This document shows positions 34,623-44,525 of a stretch of DNA of 57,636 nucleotides, piece by piece. The notes under the pieces were generated by a model. It saw only the letters and a program-made list of their open reading frames with translations. It was not told the origin of the DNA and made no database searches. Position 1 is the first letter of the stretch; each line of letters opens with the position of its first letter. The translations under genes and the position numbers were made by a program. Origin of the DNA: a virus. Taxonomy: Duplodnaviria > Caudoviricetes. The DNA lies in IMG/VR virus record IMGVR_UViG_3300030104_002283, positions 1-57,636 of that record. One strand, 5' to 3'.

Positions 34623-35624
34623 ATGAAAGCAAAACAATTAGAAAAAAGCTTAGAGAAGTTAATCTCTATTAAACAGCCCTGTTTCATATGGGGCGGTGTT
34701 GGTGTGGGTAAATCAGAGATTGTCCACAAAGTAGCTAAAGATATGGGCTATAGGATTGAAGATGTAAGAGTTGCATTGTTAGACCCTGTAGACCTTAGAG
34801 GTGTGCCTAGTGTTGAAGATGGAAGAACTGTTTTTAATCCGCCTGTATTTTTACCTACTGATGAACAGCCTAAAACATTGTTGTTTCTTGATGAACTTCC
34901 GCAAGGCAGTCCATCTGTACAGAACGCATTGTTTCAGCTAATCAAGGATAGAAAACTTGGCGAGTACACATTACCTAAAGATACTGTAATAGTTAGTGCG
35001 GGTAATAGAGTACAAGACAAGGCGGGGGCTAACAGAGTTAATACCGCTTTGGGAGATAGGTTTGTTCACTTGAACTTAGATGTATGCCATCAAGAATGGA
35101 TTGACTGGGGCATTAAAACTAAGAAGATAAAACAAGAAGTATTATCCTTTATCTCTTGGCAAGGCGAAGATTATTTATATCACTTTGATAAAAATGCTTC
35201 AGTCAATGCAACGCCTAGAGCATGGGAATATACAAGTAATGTATTGGCTACTGACCCTGATAAAGACATAGAGCAAGAACTTTATGCGGGTATTATTGGC
35301 GAGGGTATAGCCCCTGAATTTATAGCATTTGTTAGAAGATTTAGGAACTTACCTAGTGTTGATGTTCTGTTAAAAAATCCTGAAGATATTTTACAAGACT
35401 TAGAACTTAAATCAGACATGATTTATATGATTGTTGGTGTTCTAGCAAAAAATATGAATAAGGATAATATCCAAAAGTACTATGAATTTCTAAGAGATAC
35501 GCAAGATATTCAAGATGAGTTTTTAGTTATGGCTATGACTATGGCTACAGCTAGAGATGAAAGCTTGAAGAAAACAAAAACATATATTGATTATGAAATT
35601 GATTATCAAGATATTGGGGCTTAA
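34623..35624 (+). CDS. MoxR-like AAA+ ATPase
   Basis: Walker A GGVGVGKS, DLRG.P, Walker B LFLDE, AGNR, AL.DRF, TPR.W. Confidence 0.9.
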   Translation: MKAKQLEKSLEKLISIKQPCFIWGGVGVGKSEIVHKVAKDMGYRIEDVRVALLDPVDLRGVPSVEDGRTVFNPPVFLPTDEQPKTLLFLDELPQGSPSVQNALFQLIKDRKLGEYTLPKDTVIVSAGNRVQDKAGANRVNTALGDRFVHLNLDVCHQEWIDWGIKTKKIKQEVLSFISWQGEDYLYHFDKNASVNATPRAWEYTSNVLATDPDKDIEQELYAGIIGEGIAPEFIAFVRRFRNLPSVDVLLKNPEDILQDLELKSDMIYMIVGVLAKNMNKDNIQKYYEFLRDTQDIQDEFLVMAMTMATARDESLKKTKTYIDYEIDYQDIGA

Positions 35625-35666
35625 CAGCCCCTTGTCTATTAACCCATTAATATTTAAGGAGAAACT

Positions 35667-36548
35667 ATGGCTCAATTAAGAGACAAAGCATTATTGATTG
35701 AACTTCATTTGAAGAAATGGAGTGGAGTAAAAACTGATAAATCATTAAGAGATGAATTAGCTAATAATCATTCTATTGATGAGACTAGAATTTCAGTCAA
35801 CAAAAAACTAACTAACAGCCCTATCTTGAAAAAAATCAAAAAGATTGATGGCAAGATAAGAACTGAATGTATCTATAGCGGGGCGGGTTATAGCGGTTAT
35901 TGTTTGGCTTGGGATAATCAAGGTACTTATCTATTACCCATTGAATTAAAAGATAAGTTTGAAAGAGACTTCGTTGGTTGGCAGAACGAAAGAGAAAAAT
36001 TAGTAAAAGATTTTGTTAAACAATATGACAATATTATTGCAGAAGCTAAGACTGATTTAGGAACTACTTTTAATATTGATGATTTTCCTAGTAGAGATGA
36101 GATAGAAGATTTATTTGAGTGTAGCATCTTAAAGAAACCTATCCCATCAAGTAATGATATTAGAGTTAATCTTCCCGCCAGTGAGATAGCAGAGTTAAAA
36201 GCAAATGCTAAAGCTGAAGAAGATGCGAAGATGCAAAAGATAACTGGGGCAGTTGTTGATAAGGTTCAAGGTGTATGTAAACACTTTGCAGATAAGATTG
36301 ATAGCGGAGAAACATTTAGAGATAAAACTGTTGATAAGCTTATTGAACTTTGCGAAGTGCTACCCGCATTGAATATAAATGGAGATGCAAATATTCAGTC
36401 AGCACATCAAAAAGCTATGGATACTTTTCATGGTAAAGATATAACAGCAGATAAAGTTAGAAATGATAAAGAGTTAGCTAAAGAATTATCTAATACAGCT
36501 AAAGATATTGTTTCTGATTTAGATACTAAAGGGGGTTATTTTGACTAA
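35667..36548 (+). CDS. DUF3150-like helical protein
   Basis: W...K.DK, L.W...G..LLP, LG..FN..D.P, L..LN...D; lies between AAA and VWA-peptidase genes. Confidence 0.55.
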   Translation: MAQLRDKALLIELHLKKWSGVKTDKSLRDELANNHSIDETRISVNKKLTNSPILKKIKKIDGKIRTECIYSGAGYSGYCLAWDNQGTYLLPIELKDKFERDFVGWQNEREKLVKDFVKQYDNIIAEAKTDLGTTFNIDDFPSRDEIEDLFECSILKKPIPSSNDIRVNLPASEIAELKANAKAEEDAKMQKITGAVVDKVQGVCKHFADKIDSGETFRDKTVDKLIELCEVLPALNINGDANIQSAHQKAMDTFHGKDITADKVRNDKELAKELSNTAKDIVSDLDTKGGYFD

Positions 36549-37743
36549 CGATATTGATAAAAAAGCAAAAAACATAATGACTAAAGCTAGGGTTCATTTG
36601 TTAAAAAATAATCCTTTTTATGGAAAACTTGCTATGGATTTAGATTTTGTTGAAAGCAAAAAGTTTGACACTATGGCGGTTGATGGACAGAGAATATTCT
36701 ATAACCCTGACTTTGTGCATAAGATTACTTTTCTTGAAACAGTTGGAGTGATAGCCCATGAGGTACTTCATGTTGTCTTTAAACATCATTTGCGTAGGAA
36801 CGACAGAGACCCTTTCTATTGGAATGTTGCGGGAGACTATATCATCAATTACATTTTAAATGATGAGGGCTTTATGCTTCCTGAGGGTGGCTTACTTGAC
36901 TATTCTTACAAGGGTTCTACTACCGAGAAAGTATATGAAGATGTCTATAAAGAAAGCGATAAGCAAGATGCTAATACTGATGGCGGAGACAATACATCTG
37001 ATAGTGAAGATGATGAAAGAAAATCTTTATCTAAAAGAATGTGGGGCGAAGTCATAGATGCAGTCATTGAAGAAGTTGAGGGTGTATCTAACGAAGAACA
37101 AATAGAAAAGTTAGAACAAGAAATAAACGCTAAAGTCATTGATGCAACGCAAGTATCTAAGACTATGGGTAAAGGTGGAGATGCTTTTAAATCTATTATG
37201 GATATGGTTAGAACGCAGTCTGTATCTTGGGAAGAAGTGTTAGGTAATTTAATATTAGATAAGACTACTTCTAACGATTATAACTTTAATACACCTAACA
37301 GAAGATATGTATATCAAGATATGTACTTACCATCTGTTGAGAAAAAGCCTAACCCTAAAGGTGTGATTGCTCTTGATATTAGCGGGAGTGTAGATAAAGA
37401 AACTATGGCTATGATGCAAGATGCAGTGAATAACATTGTTCCTGTTGCTAACTTTGAAGAACTAACAATTCTTTATTGTGATGATTGCATAAGGCAAGTT
37501 GATACATTTCATGGTGGAGAAGAAGTTGAGTTGGATTATATTCGTGGTGGCGGAACAGACTTTGAGCCTGTATTCAAATATATAGATAAGGAACTTGATA
37601 ACGAGGTTGCTTTTCTTGTTTACCTAACTGATGGGTGGTGTTGGGATATACCTAGTGAGCCTGAATATCCTGTGATATGGGCGACAACGGACACTGACCA
37701 TTACTTTAAGGATAAATTTGGAGAGGTTGTTTATGTTGAATAA
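36541..37743 (+). CDS. DUF2201-type metallopeptidase + VWA protein
   Basis: T.AVDG..I.YNP.F, HEVLH, WN.A.D..IN; MIDAS DISGS, GGGTDF.P.F, YLTDG. Confidence 0.88.
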   Translation: MTNDIDKKAKNIMTKARVHLLKNNPFYGKLAMDLDFVESKKFDTMAVDGQRIFYNPDFVHKITFLETVGVIAHEVLHVVFKHHLRRNDRDPFYWNVAGDYIINYILNDEGFMLPEGGLLDYSYKGSTTEKVYEDVYKESDKQDANTDGGDNTSDSEDDERKSLSKRMWGEVIDAVIEEVEGVSNEEQIEKLEQEINAKVIDATQVSKTMGKGGDAFKSIMDMVRTQSVSWEEVLGNLILDKTTSNDYNFNTPNRRYVYQDMYLPSVEKKPNPKGVIALDISGSVDKETMAMMQDAVNNIVPVANFEELTILYCDDCIRQVDTFHGGEEVELDYIRGGGTDFEPVFKYIDKELDNEVAFLVYLTDGWCWDIPSEPEYPVIWATTDTDHYFKDKFGEVVYVE

Positions 37744-37779
37744 CCTATTTATTAACACATTAATATTTATAAATAAGGA

Positions 37780-38046
37780 GTGAGTATGAAAAATAAGTAT
37801 TTAATAATTAGCAAAAGAAATGGAGACTTAGGTATTAACAAAGATGGATTTGTTCAATATCGTAATTTTTCTGATGAGCCATTAGTGATGGTGGTTGAAG
37901 AAGAAACTCCATTCACAAAACAAGATGCATTTAATGAGTTTGCATCTATGGTAGAAACTACAGAAGAAAGAAAATTAAATATTAACCATTTTAATATTTT
38001 CAGTGGGGCTGACATTGATGATATTAAATATTACTGGGGGGCTTAG
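37780..38046 (+). CDS. Hypothetical protein
   Basis: RBS TAAGGAG. Confidence 0.65.
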   Translation: MSMKNKYLIISKRNGDLGINKDGFVQYRNFSDEPLVMVVEEETPFTKQDAFNEFASMVETTEERKLNINHFNIFSGADIDDIKYYWGA

Positions 38047-38047
38047 A

Positions 38048-38743
38048 ATGAATAAAGAAAAACTAAAAAAGATAGCAGACAAGTTTGTTATGGAAAGAGA
38101 ACAAGAGCAGTTGGAATATCCTGTTGAGGATTATTCCGCAGACAAAGTTATTCTTTATCACGGAACTAATACAGATAACCTTGATAAGATACTTGAAGAT
38201 GGGCTGTATCCTAGAGGAAACAACGAGGGTAATTGGGAACATACCATACGCAGTAGAAATGATATGGTATATCTAACGAACTCTTACGCAGTTTACTTTG
38301 CTATGTGTTCAATACCTAAAGATAGCAAGGCAAGTCCTGTAGTCCTAGAAGTAGAGGTTGATACAAAAAGTCTTTACCCTGATGAAGATTTTATGGAACA
38401 AGCCACAAGAAATAATGCTATGTGGCAAGATTATTTTATGTCTATTGGACATGAAGATATGACAGCTAGAACCGAATACTTTAGAGATAACATATCTGAA
38501 TTTCAAGATGATTATACTAACAGTTTAAAGCATCTAGGTAATGCCTGTTATTTTGGGGAGATTAAACCTGAAAGCATCAAAAGATATTCTGTCTTAGATG
38601 TTGGTAAAGTTTGGGAACATTCTGACCCGACAATAACTTTAATGAATTATAAAATTTTAGGTAGCAAATATAGAAAGCTATCCAAAAAATTAATGTGGGA
38701 AGAACCCCTATCTATTAACCAAGTAATATTTAATAAGGAGTAA
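38048..38743 (+). CDS. ADP-ribosyltransferase-fold protein (Tpt1/KptA-like H-G-T motif)
   Basis: LYHGT....L..IL..GL.P, VYLT...A..FA, PVVLEV.V; start set at MNKEK. Confidence 0.6.
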   Translation: MNKEKLKKIADKFVMEREQEQLEYPVEDYSADKVILYHGTNTDNLDKILEDGLYPRGNNEGNWEHTIRSRNDMVYLTNSYAVYFAMCSIPKDSKASPVVLEVEVDTKSLYPDEDFMEQATRNNAMWQDYFMSIGHEDMTARTEYFRDNISEFQDDYTNSLKHLGNACYFGEIKPESIKRYSVLDVGKVWEHSDPTITLMNYKILGSKYRKLSKKLMWEEPLSINQVIFNKE

Positions 38744-38745
38744 TT

Positions 38746-39072
38746 ATGTATTTAGTAAATAATAACAACGAACTTTTGCAAGAGATGATTGAATCTAATA
38801 TGCAGACTTGTAATCAAATCTATACGCAAATAGATAGAACGCCTAAGAAAAAAAGTGATGCTGACTTTATGTTAGTTAAATCATTTAATACTTTGGTTGA
38901 ACTAAATCAAATGGCTTTAGATATTCTATATCCTGAACGACATAATAGCGGAGACATACCTAAACCTAAACACTTGGTATTCAAGCAGACACATACTGAT
39001 AACGAAGATGTAGTTGAGATAGTAGAAGTAGAAGCTGAAACTTTAAAACAAGAATTTAACTGGGAGAAGTAA
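38746..39072 (+). CDS. Hypothetical protein
   Basis: RBS TAAGGAG. Confidence 0.65.
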   Translation: MYLVNNNNELLQEMIESNMQTCNQIYTQIDRTPKKKSDADFMLVKSFNTLVELNQMALDILYPERHNSGDIPKPKHLVFKQTHTDNEDVVEIVEVEAETLKQEFNWEK

Positions 39073-39233
39073 TGAGTAGATTATTAACAGATATTAAACA
39101 CTGTGAAGATTGCGGGTGTAAAACAAATGAATTATATCTTACACCTGATGGAGAAATACTATGTGCTGACTGTGAAGCAGACTACAACGAAGAAGTAATA
39201 AAAAAAATAAATGGACATAATGGAGAAGAATGA
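39072..39233 (+). CDS. 53-aa zinc-finger protein (not in ORF track)
   Basis: CEDCG...LCADC; TAATG coupling. Confidence 0.65.
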   Translation: MSRLLTDIKHCEDCGCKTNELYLTPDGEILCADCEADYNEEVIKKINGHNGEE

Positions 39234-39258
39234 TGGAAAAATGGAGTGAAAAATAAAC

Positions 39259-39978
39259 ATGGAATATAAATACCCTATTGAAACTCATAACAGCGTGGGA
39301 TTTAAAAATACATCTGACTTTAATAACGAAGCTTTTAATGATTATCTACATCAAGATAGACAAAATAATAGAAGTGGATATTTAACTTGCAGTTATGATG
39401 AGTTGAAAAACCTTTTAGGTAATCCAATAAAACTATCAGCTAATTTTATGTATCCTGAAACAGTTAAAAAAATGCAAGAATTATTTTGGAAAGATACTAA
39501 TTACTTTCACTATCAATCGAGAGGTAAAGATTATTTTTTATCTGATGTGATTTGGTTTGTTAATCTTACTGACTATAAATATAAAGGCAGAAAAAATGCT
39601 GACTGGTTTACTATAAGAAACTTTGGTAATGGTATGAACATGGAAAGATTTTTAAAGAAAAACCATGCAAGATATTCTCATATTCATAGAAAAATGACTG
39701 ATGCTTTTGAAGATAAAGTAGCGTATCTAAAAGATTATTATTCTAGGTACGCATCTGACAGCAAAACTTATGACAATGGATTTAATTCAGCTTCCATATG
39801 GTTAGACAAAATTATAAAAGACTTAGACAACGGGATACCTAACTATAATCCTGTTAAAACTAAAGACAATATTAACTGGTTAATATCTAAGTATGTATAT
39901 CATGGAGACCAAACTTATAGAGAGATGAGTGATACACAACAGATATTAAATTATTACTTAGAGGAGAATAGAACATGA
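39259..39978 (+). CDS. Hypothetical protein
   Basis: Long ORF; GYL..SY.EL..LLG.P. Confidence 0.65.
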   Translation: MEYKYPIETHNSVGFKNTSDFNNEAFNDYLHQDRQNNRSGYLTCSYDELKNLLGNPIKLSANFMYPETVKKMQELFWKDTNYFHYQSRGKDYFLSDVIWFVNLTDYKYKGRKNADWFTIRNFGNGMNMERFLKKNHARYSHIHRKMTDAFEDKVAYLKDYYSRYASDSKTYDNGFNSASIWLDKIIKDLDNGIPNYNPVKTKDNINWLISKYVYHGDQTYREMSDTQQILNYYLEENRT

Positions 39979-40163
39979 GTAATCAACATAACGAACAAGC
40001 TTTTGAAAAAGTAATGCAACAAGTAGAGCAAGATGATTCAAAAGGTTTGCTAGAAGAAGAAGTGCAATATGTTTCTAGTAGATATGGATTGCACGAAGAT
40101 GATGATAGAGATGAAATATTATTTCATATCGCAGAATCATTATATGAAAACCATTATATATAA
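39975..40163 (+). CDS. Hypothetical acidic protein
   Basis: RBS GAGGAG; ATGA overlap. Confidence 0.65.
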   Translation: MSNQHNEQAFEKVMQQVEQDDSKGLLEEEVQYVSSRYGLHEDDDRDEILFHIAESLYENHYI

Positions 40164-40174
40164 GGAGTAAAAAA

Positions 40175-40357
40175 ATGGATAAAGAAAATTTAATTATAAA
40201 AATACAAAAGGATATAGTGGAAGCTGAAGCTATGTTAAAAGAAGCTAAAGATGAACTACAAAAACAACAAGACACATTGTTTTGTTTGAGAGTAGAAGCT
40301 AATACTCTTATTGAGGAAGCTAATAGCCTACCTAACGGAGTGAATGATGCAAACTAA
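40175..40357 (+). CDS. Hypothetical coiled-coil protein
   Basis: RBS TAAGGAG. Confidence 0.65.
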   Translation: MDKENLIIKIQKDIVEAEAMLKEAKDELQKQQDTLFCLRVEANTLIEEANSLPNGVNDAN

Positions 40358-40523
40358 AACAGCTTTTAAAAAACCAATAGTAAGTAAGAACTACTTTACA
40401 ATTCGTATGCCTGATGATTTGCGTAAGCAAATACAAACTGAAGCTGATAAGAATTATAGAAGTTTATCTTCGCAAATAATCTTTATGCTTCAACGACAGA
40501 TTGAACAGCATAATGACAAGTAG
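40347..40523 (+). CDS. Arc-like ribbon-helix-helix DNA-binding protein (not in ORF track)
   Basis: FTIRMPDDLRKQIQTEADKNYRSLSSQIIFML matches the Arc pattern; RBS GGAG. Confidence 0.8.
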   Translation: MQTKTAFKKPIVSKNYFTIRMPDDLRKQIQTEADKNYRSLSSQIIFMLQRQIEQHNDK

Positions 40524-41007
40524 TTTTTGTGTTATCTAAATTAGAATGATACAAGCGATTTGATATTTGGTGTAGCCCCCTTTTCAAGAGAGCCATATCA
40601 GATTGCTTGTTGATTTCTTTATTATCACTAATCACTTTAATAACAAAATGACCGATATGTTTTTTATCTTTTCTAAACATATTGGTTATTTGTTTTAATC
40701 TCATTGACTTTAGTAATCTGTAAGATGATTGCTTTTCATCACTAGACCTACCCGCAAGAGACAAATTAATCCCACCCTGTCCTAATATCCCTGACTTAAA
40801 ACATACATACAAAACAAACTGACCCGCATTATATTCTTTATCATCTATTAACGAGTTAATATATAACTTATCTATGATATTTTCTGTGGTGTTTCTACAT
40901 CTAAGATACTTTGTACCTAAATCTTCTATCACAAAAGTTCCATGTTGATGCAGAAACTTAGTGCCTAAGTCAGTCGATTTAAAAGTCAAAGTCGTACCTT
41001 TCATCAA
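40483..41007 (-). CDS. Hypothetical protein downstream of primase-helicase
   Basis: ORF overlapping the helicase stop; ID.L.....I....Y.AG. Confidence 0.55.
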   Translation of the reverse strand: MMKGTTLTFKSTDLGTKFLHQHGTFVIEDLGTKYLRCRNTTENIIDKLYINSLIDDKEYNAGQFVLYVCFKSGILGQGGINLSLAGRSSDEKQSSYRLLKSMRLKQITNMFRKDKKHIGHFVIKVISDNKEINKQSDMALLKRGLHQISNRLYHSNLDNTKTTCHYAVQSVVEA

Positions 41008-42733
41008 AGTTAATCTGTGTCATATCAGAATATACCCCCGTTGGTACATCATAGTCTAACATGGTTTGCCCCTGTTTACCTATCCATTTAAACCTACACT
41101 TCCAACAGTTTACAGATACCATATTATTTTCTTCTCTGTGTACTGTGATACCCACATCAGCTTTAGAAAACCACGAAGCAGAACCGCTAATATTATATCC
41201 AGTTGGTACTGGTATATTGCCTTTGCTATCGGGGTAAAGTTTCATTGGGTGTGCTACAAAAAATACATGGACATCATGTGCTTTCGCATACTGGGAAACT
41301 TTAGTAAGCATACGAGATATGCTATCAGTTTCGCTAAAACTTCTATCCATATCAATATAGTTGTACGGGTCTATTACAATACCTCTACAGCCCATCTGTC
41401 TTACAGCCCCTATACCTTTCTCTATGATACTATCTATCGTAGGATTTTCCCCGCCTGTAAAATCAATAAACAAAAAATGTTCTTCAACAAATCTAAGTGC
41501 GTTGTCTCTTTCATCTTCTGTCATGCGTTGAGTTGAACCACTAAAGAAAGATTTACCCACATACTTTTCTACAAGCTTTGCAATATGCAAGTCGGGTGGA
41601 TTTTCAAAACTACAGATAGCAAACTTCCAATCTTCATTTCTTGCTAAGTTAATCATAAGTTGGTCTATGAACTCTGACTTACCCGAACTGGGGATACCTG
41701 TGATGATACTCAGTTGTCCACCTGCAATTCTAAATAACTCATCTACATTATTAAAACCTGTGGATATGCCTGTCATAAAACCCTTATCGTACAATTCAAC
41801 AACACTGTTCTCGTAATGACTACTCTTATACAGAGAAGATAGAGGATATGGCTTGGCATTGTTTACAGCTTTTTGCAGTTTCTCTTTCCCCCCTTTTAAC
41901 AAACATTCATTTGCATCTTTGTATTCATGGGGTATTTCAGCTAGGAACACTTTATTTTTTCCAATTCGTCTAGCTAATTCTTCTGTTAAAGCTTTCCCGC
42001 TTTCATCATTATCACAACATAAAACAATTTTTTTAATAGCGTCTAACTTTTCTGCTACTTCCCACACATAACTAAACTTCTTATCTTCCTCTGGAGATAT
42101 TTTATTATTAGATACTTTCATTACAGCCCCATTGGGTACTGATACAGCACAATCTATACCCGCTTCATACAGTGCAAGTGCATCTAACTCTCCCTCACAA
42201 ATAACTATTAAGTCGTTAATATTTAATTTATCAAATCCAAATAAACTTCTTGAAGCCCCATCTTGGGTAAAACTTTTTCCATCTATGCTACGCCATTTAA
42301 CGGCTTGTAGTTTGCCGTTCACATGATAGGGAAAGCCTATCGCTTCCTTAGTGCCTACCCCATTAAACCCTCTTTCTTCCCATAAAATCCCATATTTTTT
42401 TGCAGTATCCTCTGAAATGCCCCTAGATTTAAGGAATTGTTTTTGTGTTTGTTTTATAGTACCTCCGGCTGTGTTTTTTACTTCGGGTTCTTTCAACACA
42501 GCTATAGGTTTTGTTTTTTTTGATGTGAAGTTAGTTGGTTGTTTGTTCATGTTTACTGCCCCTTGTAGTTGGCAGTGCCAACAATGATATAAAATTTTAT
42601 CCCCATCTCTTGTAAGAGAGAGGGTCTTTTCGTGTTTCTTTTTTCGCATATGACTACAAGATGGACAGACTAACCTTTTGTTTTGTCCATCATCTAAGTA
42701 TTCATCATTGATAATGTGTTCTTGGATTTGCAT
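40979..42733 (-). CDS. Primase-helicase (T7 gp4/Twinkle-like)
   Basis: Zn finger CPSC...CWHC, TOPRIM ICEGELDAL, SVPNGA, DND..G, KDANE; Walker A TGIPSSGKS, IDP, VAHP, GSA.W. Confidence 0.93.
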   Translation of the reverse strand: MQIQEHIINDEYLDDGQNKRLVCPSCSHMRKKKHEKTLSLTRDGDKILYHCWHCQLQGAVNMNKQPTNFTSKKTKPIAVLKEPEVKNTAGGTIKQTQKQFLKSRGISEDTAKKYGILWEERGFNGVGTKEAIGFPYHVNGKLQAVKWRSIDGKSFTQDGASRSLFGFDKLNINDLIVICEGELDALALYEAGIDCAVSVPNGAVMKVSNNKISPEEDKKFSYVWEVAEKLDAIKKIVLCCDNDESGKALTEELARRIGKNKVFLAEIPHEYKDANECLLKGGKEKLQKAVNNAKPYPLSSLYKSSHYENSVVELYDKGFMTGISTGFNNVDELFRIAGGQLSIITGIPSSGKSEFIDQLMINLARNEDWKFAICSFENPPDLHIAKLVEKYVGKSFFSGSTQRMTEDERDNALRFVEEHFLFIDFTGGENPTIDSIIEKGIGAVRQMGCRGIVIDPYNYIDMDRSFSETDSISRMLTKVSQYAKAHDVHVFFVAHPMKLYPDSKGNIPVPTGYNISGSASWFSKADVGITVHREENNMVSVNCWKCRFKWIGKQGQTMLDYDVPTGVYSDMTQINFDERYDFDF

Positions 42734-42790
42734 ACTTACTCCTTTTAGGTTTATACTATTTATTCTAGTGAATAACTAATATTAAATATA

Positions 42791-42819
42791 TAGTGTATTA
42801 CTAATCTAGTAATATACTA
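42791..42819. repeat. Inverted repeat upstream of primase-helicase
   Basis: TAGTGTATTACT-AATCT-AGTAATATACTA; same arm as the 31061/31105 repeats. Confidence 0.65.
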
Positions 42820-43086
42820 ATCATTCAAATTTTCTCTTTGCCAAACAGTAGCTGATATAGAGGAAATAATATCTTCAGATAATTTCTTTTTGTTTTTGGC
42901 ATTTAATAAGCCTAATAAAGATTGTCTTATTGTATGAGGTTGAATACCAACAATACTGCAAACTTCAATAAATTCTTTTGATGTAATCCAATCAACAGCA
43001 TCTTCGTATTTCCTTTTATTATTACTGGCAATATCTCTGATGGCTTGGATAATCACTGATAGATAAATTTCTTTTAGTTTATTCAT
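42817..43086 (-). CDS. Hypothetical protein
   Basis: VI.QA..D......DA..W....F..VC...G. Confidence 0.65.
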   Translation of the reverse strand: MNKLKEIYLSVIIQAIRDIASNNKRKYEDAVDWITSKEFIEVCSIVGIQPHTIRQSLLGLLNAKNKKKLSEDIISSISATVWQRENLND

Positions 43087-43109
43087 AAAAAAATAATTTT
43101 AAATTCATA

Positions 43110-43137
43110 TTGTATTTAATAATAAAATTCATATAAT
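43110..43137 (+). promoter_or_regulatory. Candidate sigma70 promoter for the recombination operon
   Basis: TTGTAT-16 nt-TATAAT in a divergent intergenic region. Confidence 0.45.
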
Positions 43138-43174
43138 AACAAGTAGTAAGTAAATAAATTGAGGACTTAATTTT

Positions 43175-43426
43175 ATGCAATATAAAATCGAAGATAACAT
43201 TCCCATACCATCTATAACTAGAAAGCCTAGAGACAACGCATTGTTAAACGCATTATCTAGCCTAGAAGTTGGACAGTCTTTTGTTATACCTATACCTAAA
43301 GATGGAACTACTGAAGTTCATAAGGTTAGAAACAAATTAAACTATACAAGACTAAAGCTTCCAAAAGATTTTGAATTTACTACAAGAGAAATAGGTTTAG
43401 GTATTAGGGTATGGCGAACACAATAA
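43175..43426 (+). CDS. Small putative DNA-binding protein
   Basis: IE.NIPIP, LEVGQSF..P, F.TR....G.RVWR. Confidence 0.6.
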   Translation: MQYKIEDNIPIPSITRKPRDNALLNALSSLEVGQSFVIPIPKDGTTEVHKVRNKLNYTRLKLPKDFEFTTREIGLGIRVWRTQ

Positions 43427-44292
43427 CCAACAAATATAATTTACCACAGACTTTAGTAAACCTTGCTGAAAGCAGAGATTATTCTAGGGGTAATTCACAT
43501 AGAAGTATTACTCAATTAATTGATGCCCCGCAAATATCAGTACTAAGAATGATTAACGAGAACAGAATTACTGAAGATGTGGTTGATACTTTTTGGGCTA
43601 ATCTTGGTTCGGCATTACATCACATTACAGAGAAAGGGGCAGATGATAAACACTTAGTTGAAGAAAGGTTGTTTGTAGATGTAGAGGACTGGATTATATC
43701 AGGGGCTATAGATGTACAGAGACTAGAAGATGATAACTCTATTACGATTATGGATTATAAGTTTACGAGTGTTTGGGCTGTAAGAAATCCTAAATTGGAC
43801 TGGGAACGACAATTAAATTGCTATGCTTATTTAGTAGAAGCAAATAAAAAAGTAAAGATTAAAGAATTACAAATCATTTGTTTCTTACGAGACTGGAATA
43901 GAAACAACGCTAAAAGAGATATGAATTACCCACAACAGCAGATAGTAGTTGTGCCTATAAAACTATGGGATTTTGAAGAACGAAGTAAGTATGTAGCTGA
44001 TAGGGTTAGAACGCATCAAGAAGCCCTACAAGACTACATGAATGGAAAAGACATGGCAGAGTGTACCTTTGAGGAAATGTGGAAAAGAGAGGACACATAC
44101 GCAGTTAAGAAAAAGAAAAACAAAAGGGCATTAAAAGTGTTTGAAATTGAAACAGATGCGAAAGAGTTTGCAAAAGAAAAGGGAGAGGAGTACGAAGTAG
44201 AATATAGAGAGGGAGTTGCTGTTAGATGTGAGGATAACTACTGCAAAGTTAATCAATGGTGTCCTCAATATCAACAAGTATTAAAGGGTTAA
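43411..44292 (+). CDS. PD-(D/E)xK exonuclease
   Basis: LG.A.H, E.R, ISG.ID, I.DYK.T, QLN.YA; C-terminal Cys cluster. Confidence 0.85.
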   Translation: MANTITNKYNLPQTLVNLAESRDYSRGNSHRSITQLIDAPQISVLRMINENRITEDVVDTFWANLGSALHHITEKGADDKHLVEERLFVDVEDWIISGAIDVQRLEDDNSITIMDYKFTSVWAVRNPKLDWERQLNCYAYLVEANKKVKIKELQIICFLRDWNRNNAKRDMNYPQQQIVVVPIKLWDFEERSKYVADRVRTHQEALQDYMNGKDMAECTFEEMWKREDTYAVKKKKNKRALKVFEIETDAKEFAKEKGEEYEVEYREGVAVRCEDNYCKVNQWCPQYQQVLKG

Positions 44293-44297
44293 TATTT

Positions 44298-44525
44298 ATG
44301 GTAAATGAAATAGAGAGAAAGATTTTAGGTTTTATGCAGTTGTTATCAAAAGAAAACTTACCGCACATAAAAGTTGTGATGGAAGATGATAGGACTGTAT
44401 CAATACAAGATTATTCAAATGTGATTGTGAGAACAACACAGATGAGTTTTGACCAGTTTGTATCTACTGATACGAAACTTTTAATTCAAATAGCGAGGAG
44501 TATGCAAAATGAAAAAAGAAGTTGA
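44298..44525 (+). CDS. Hypothetical protein
   Basis: Fills the operon; start set at MVNEIE. Confidence 0.5.
   Translation: MVNEIERKILGFMQLLSKENLPHIKVVMEDDRTVSIQDYSNVIVRTTQMSFDQFVSTDTKLLIQIARSMQNEKRS

Noticed and set aside
37980-37996. TATTAA-CCATT-TTAATA as another palindromic site
   Set aside because: Spacer is 5 nt rather than 4, so it was not counted
43411-44292. Cas4 as evidence of a CRISPR system
   Set aside because: Context (annealing protein, SSB) indicates a phage recombination exonuclease; no array or other cas genes
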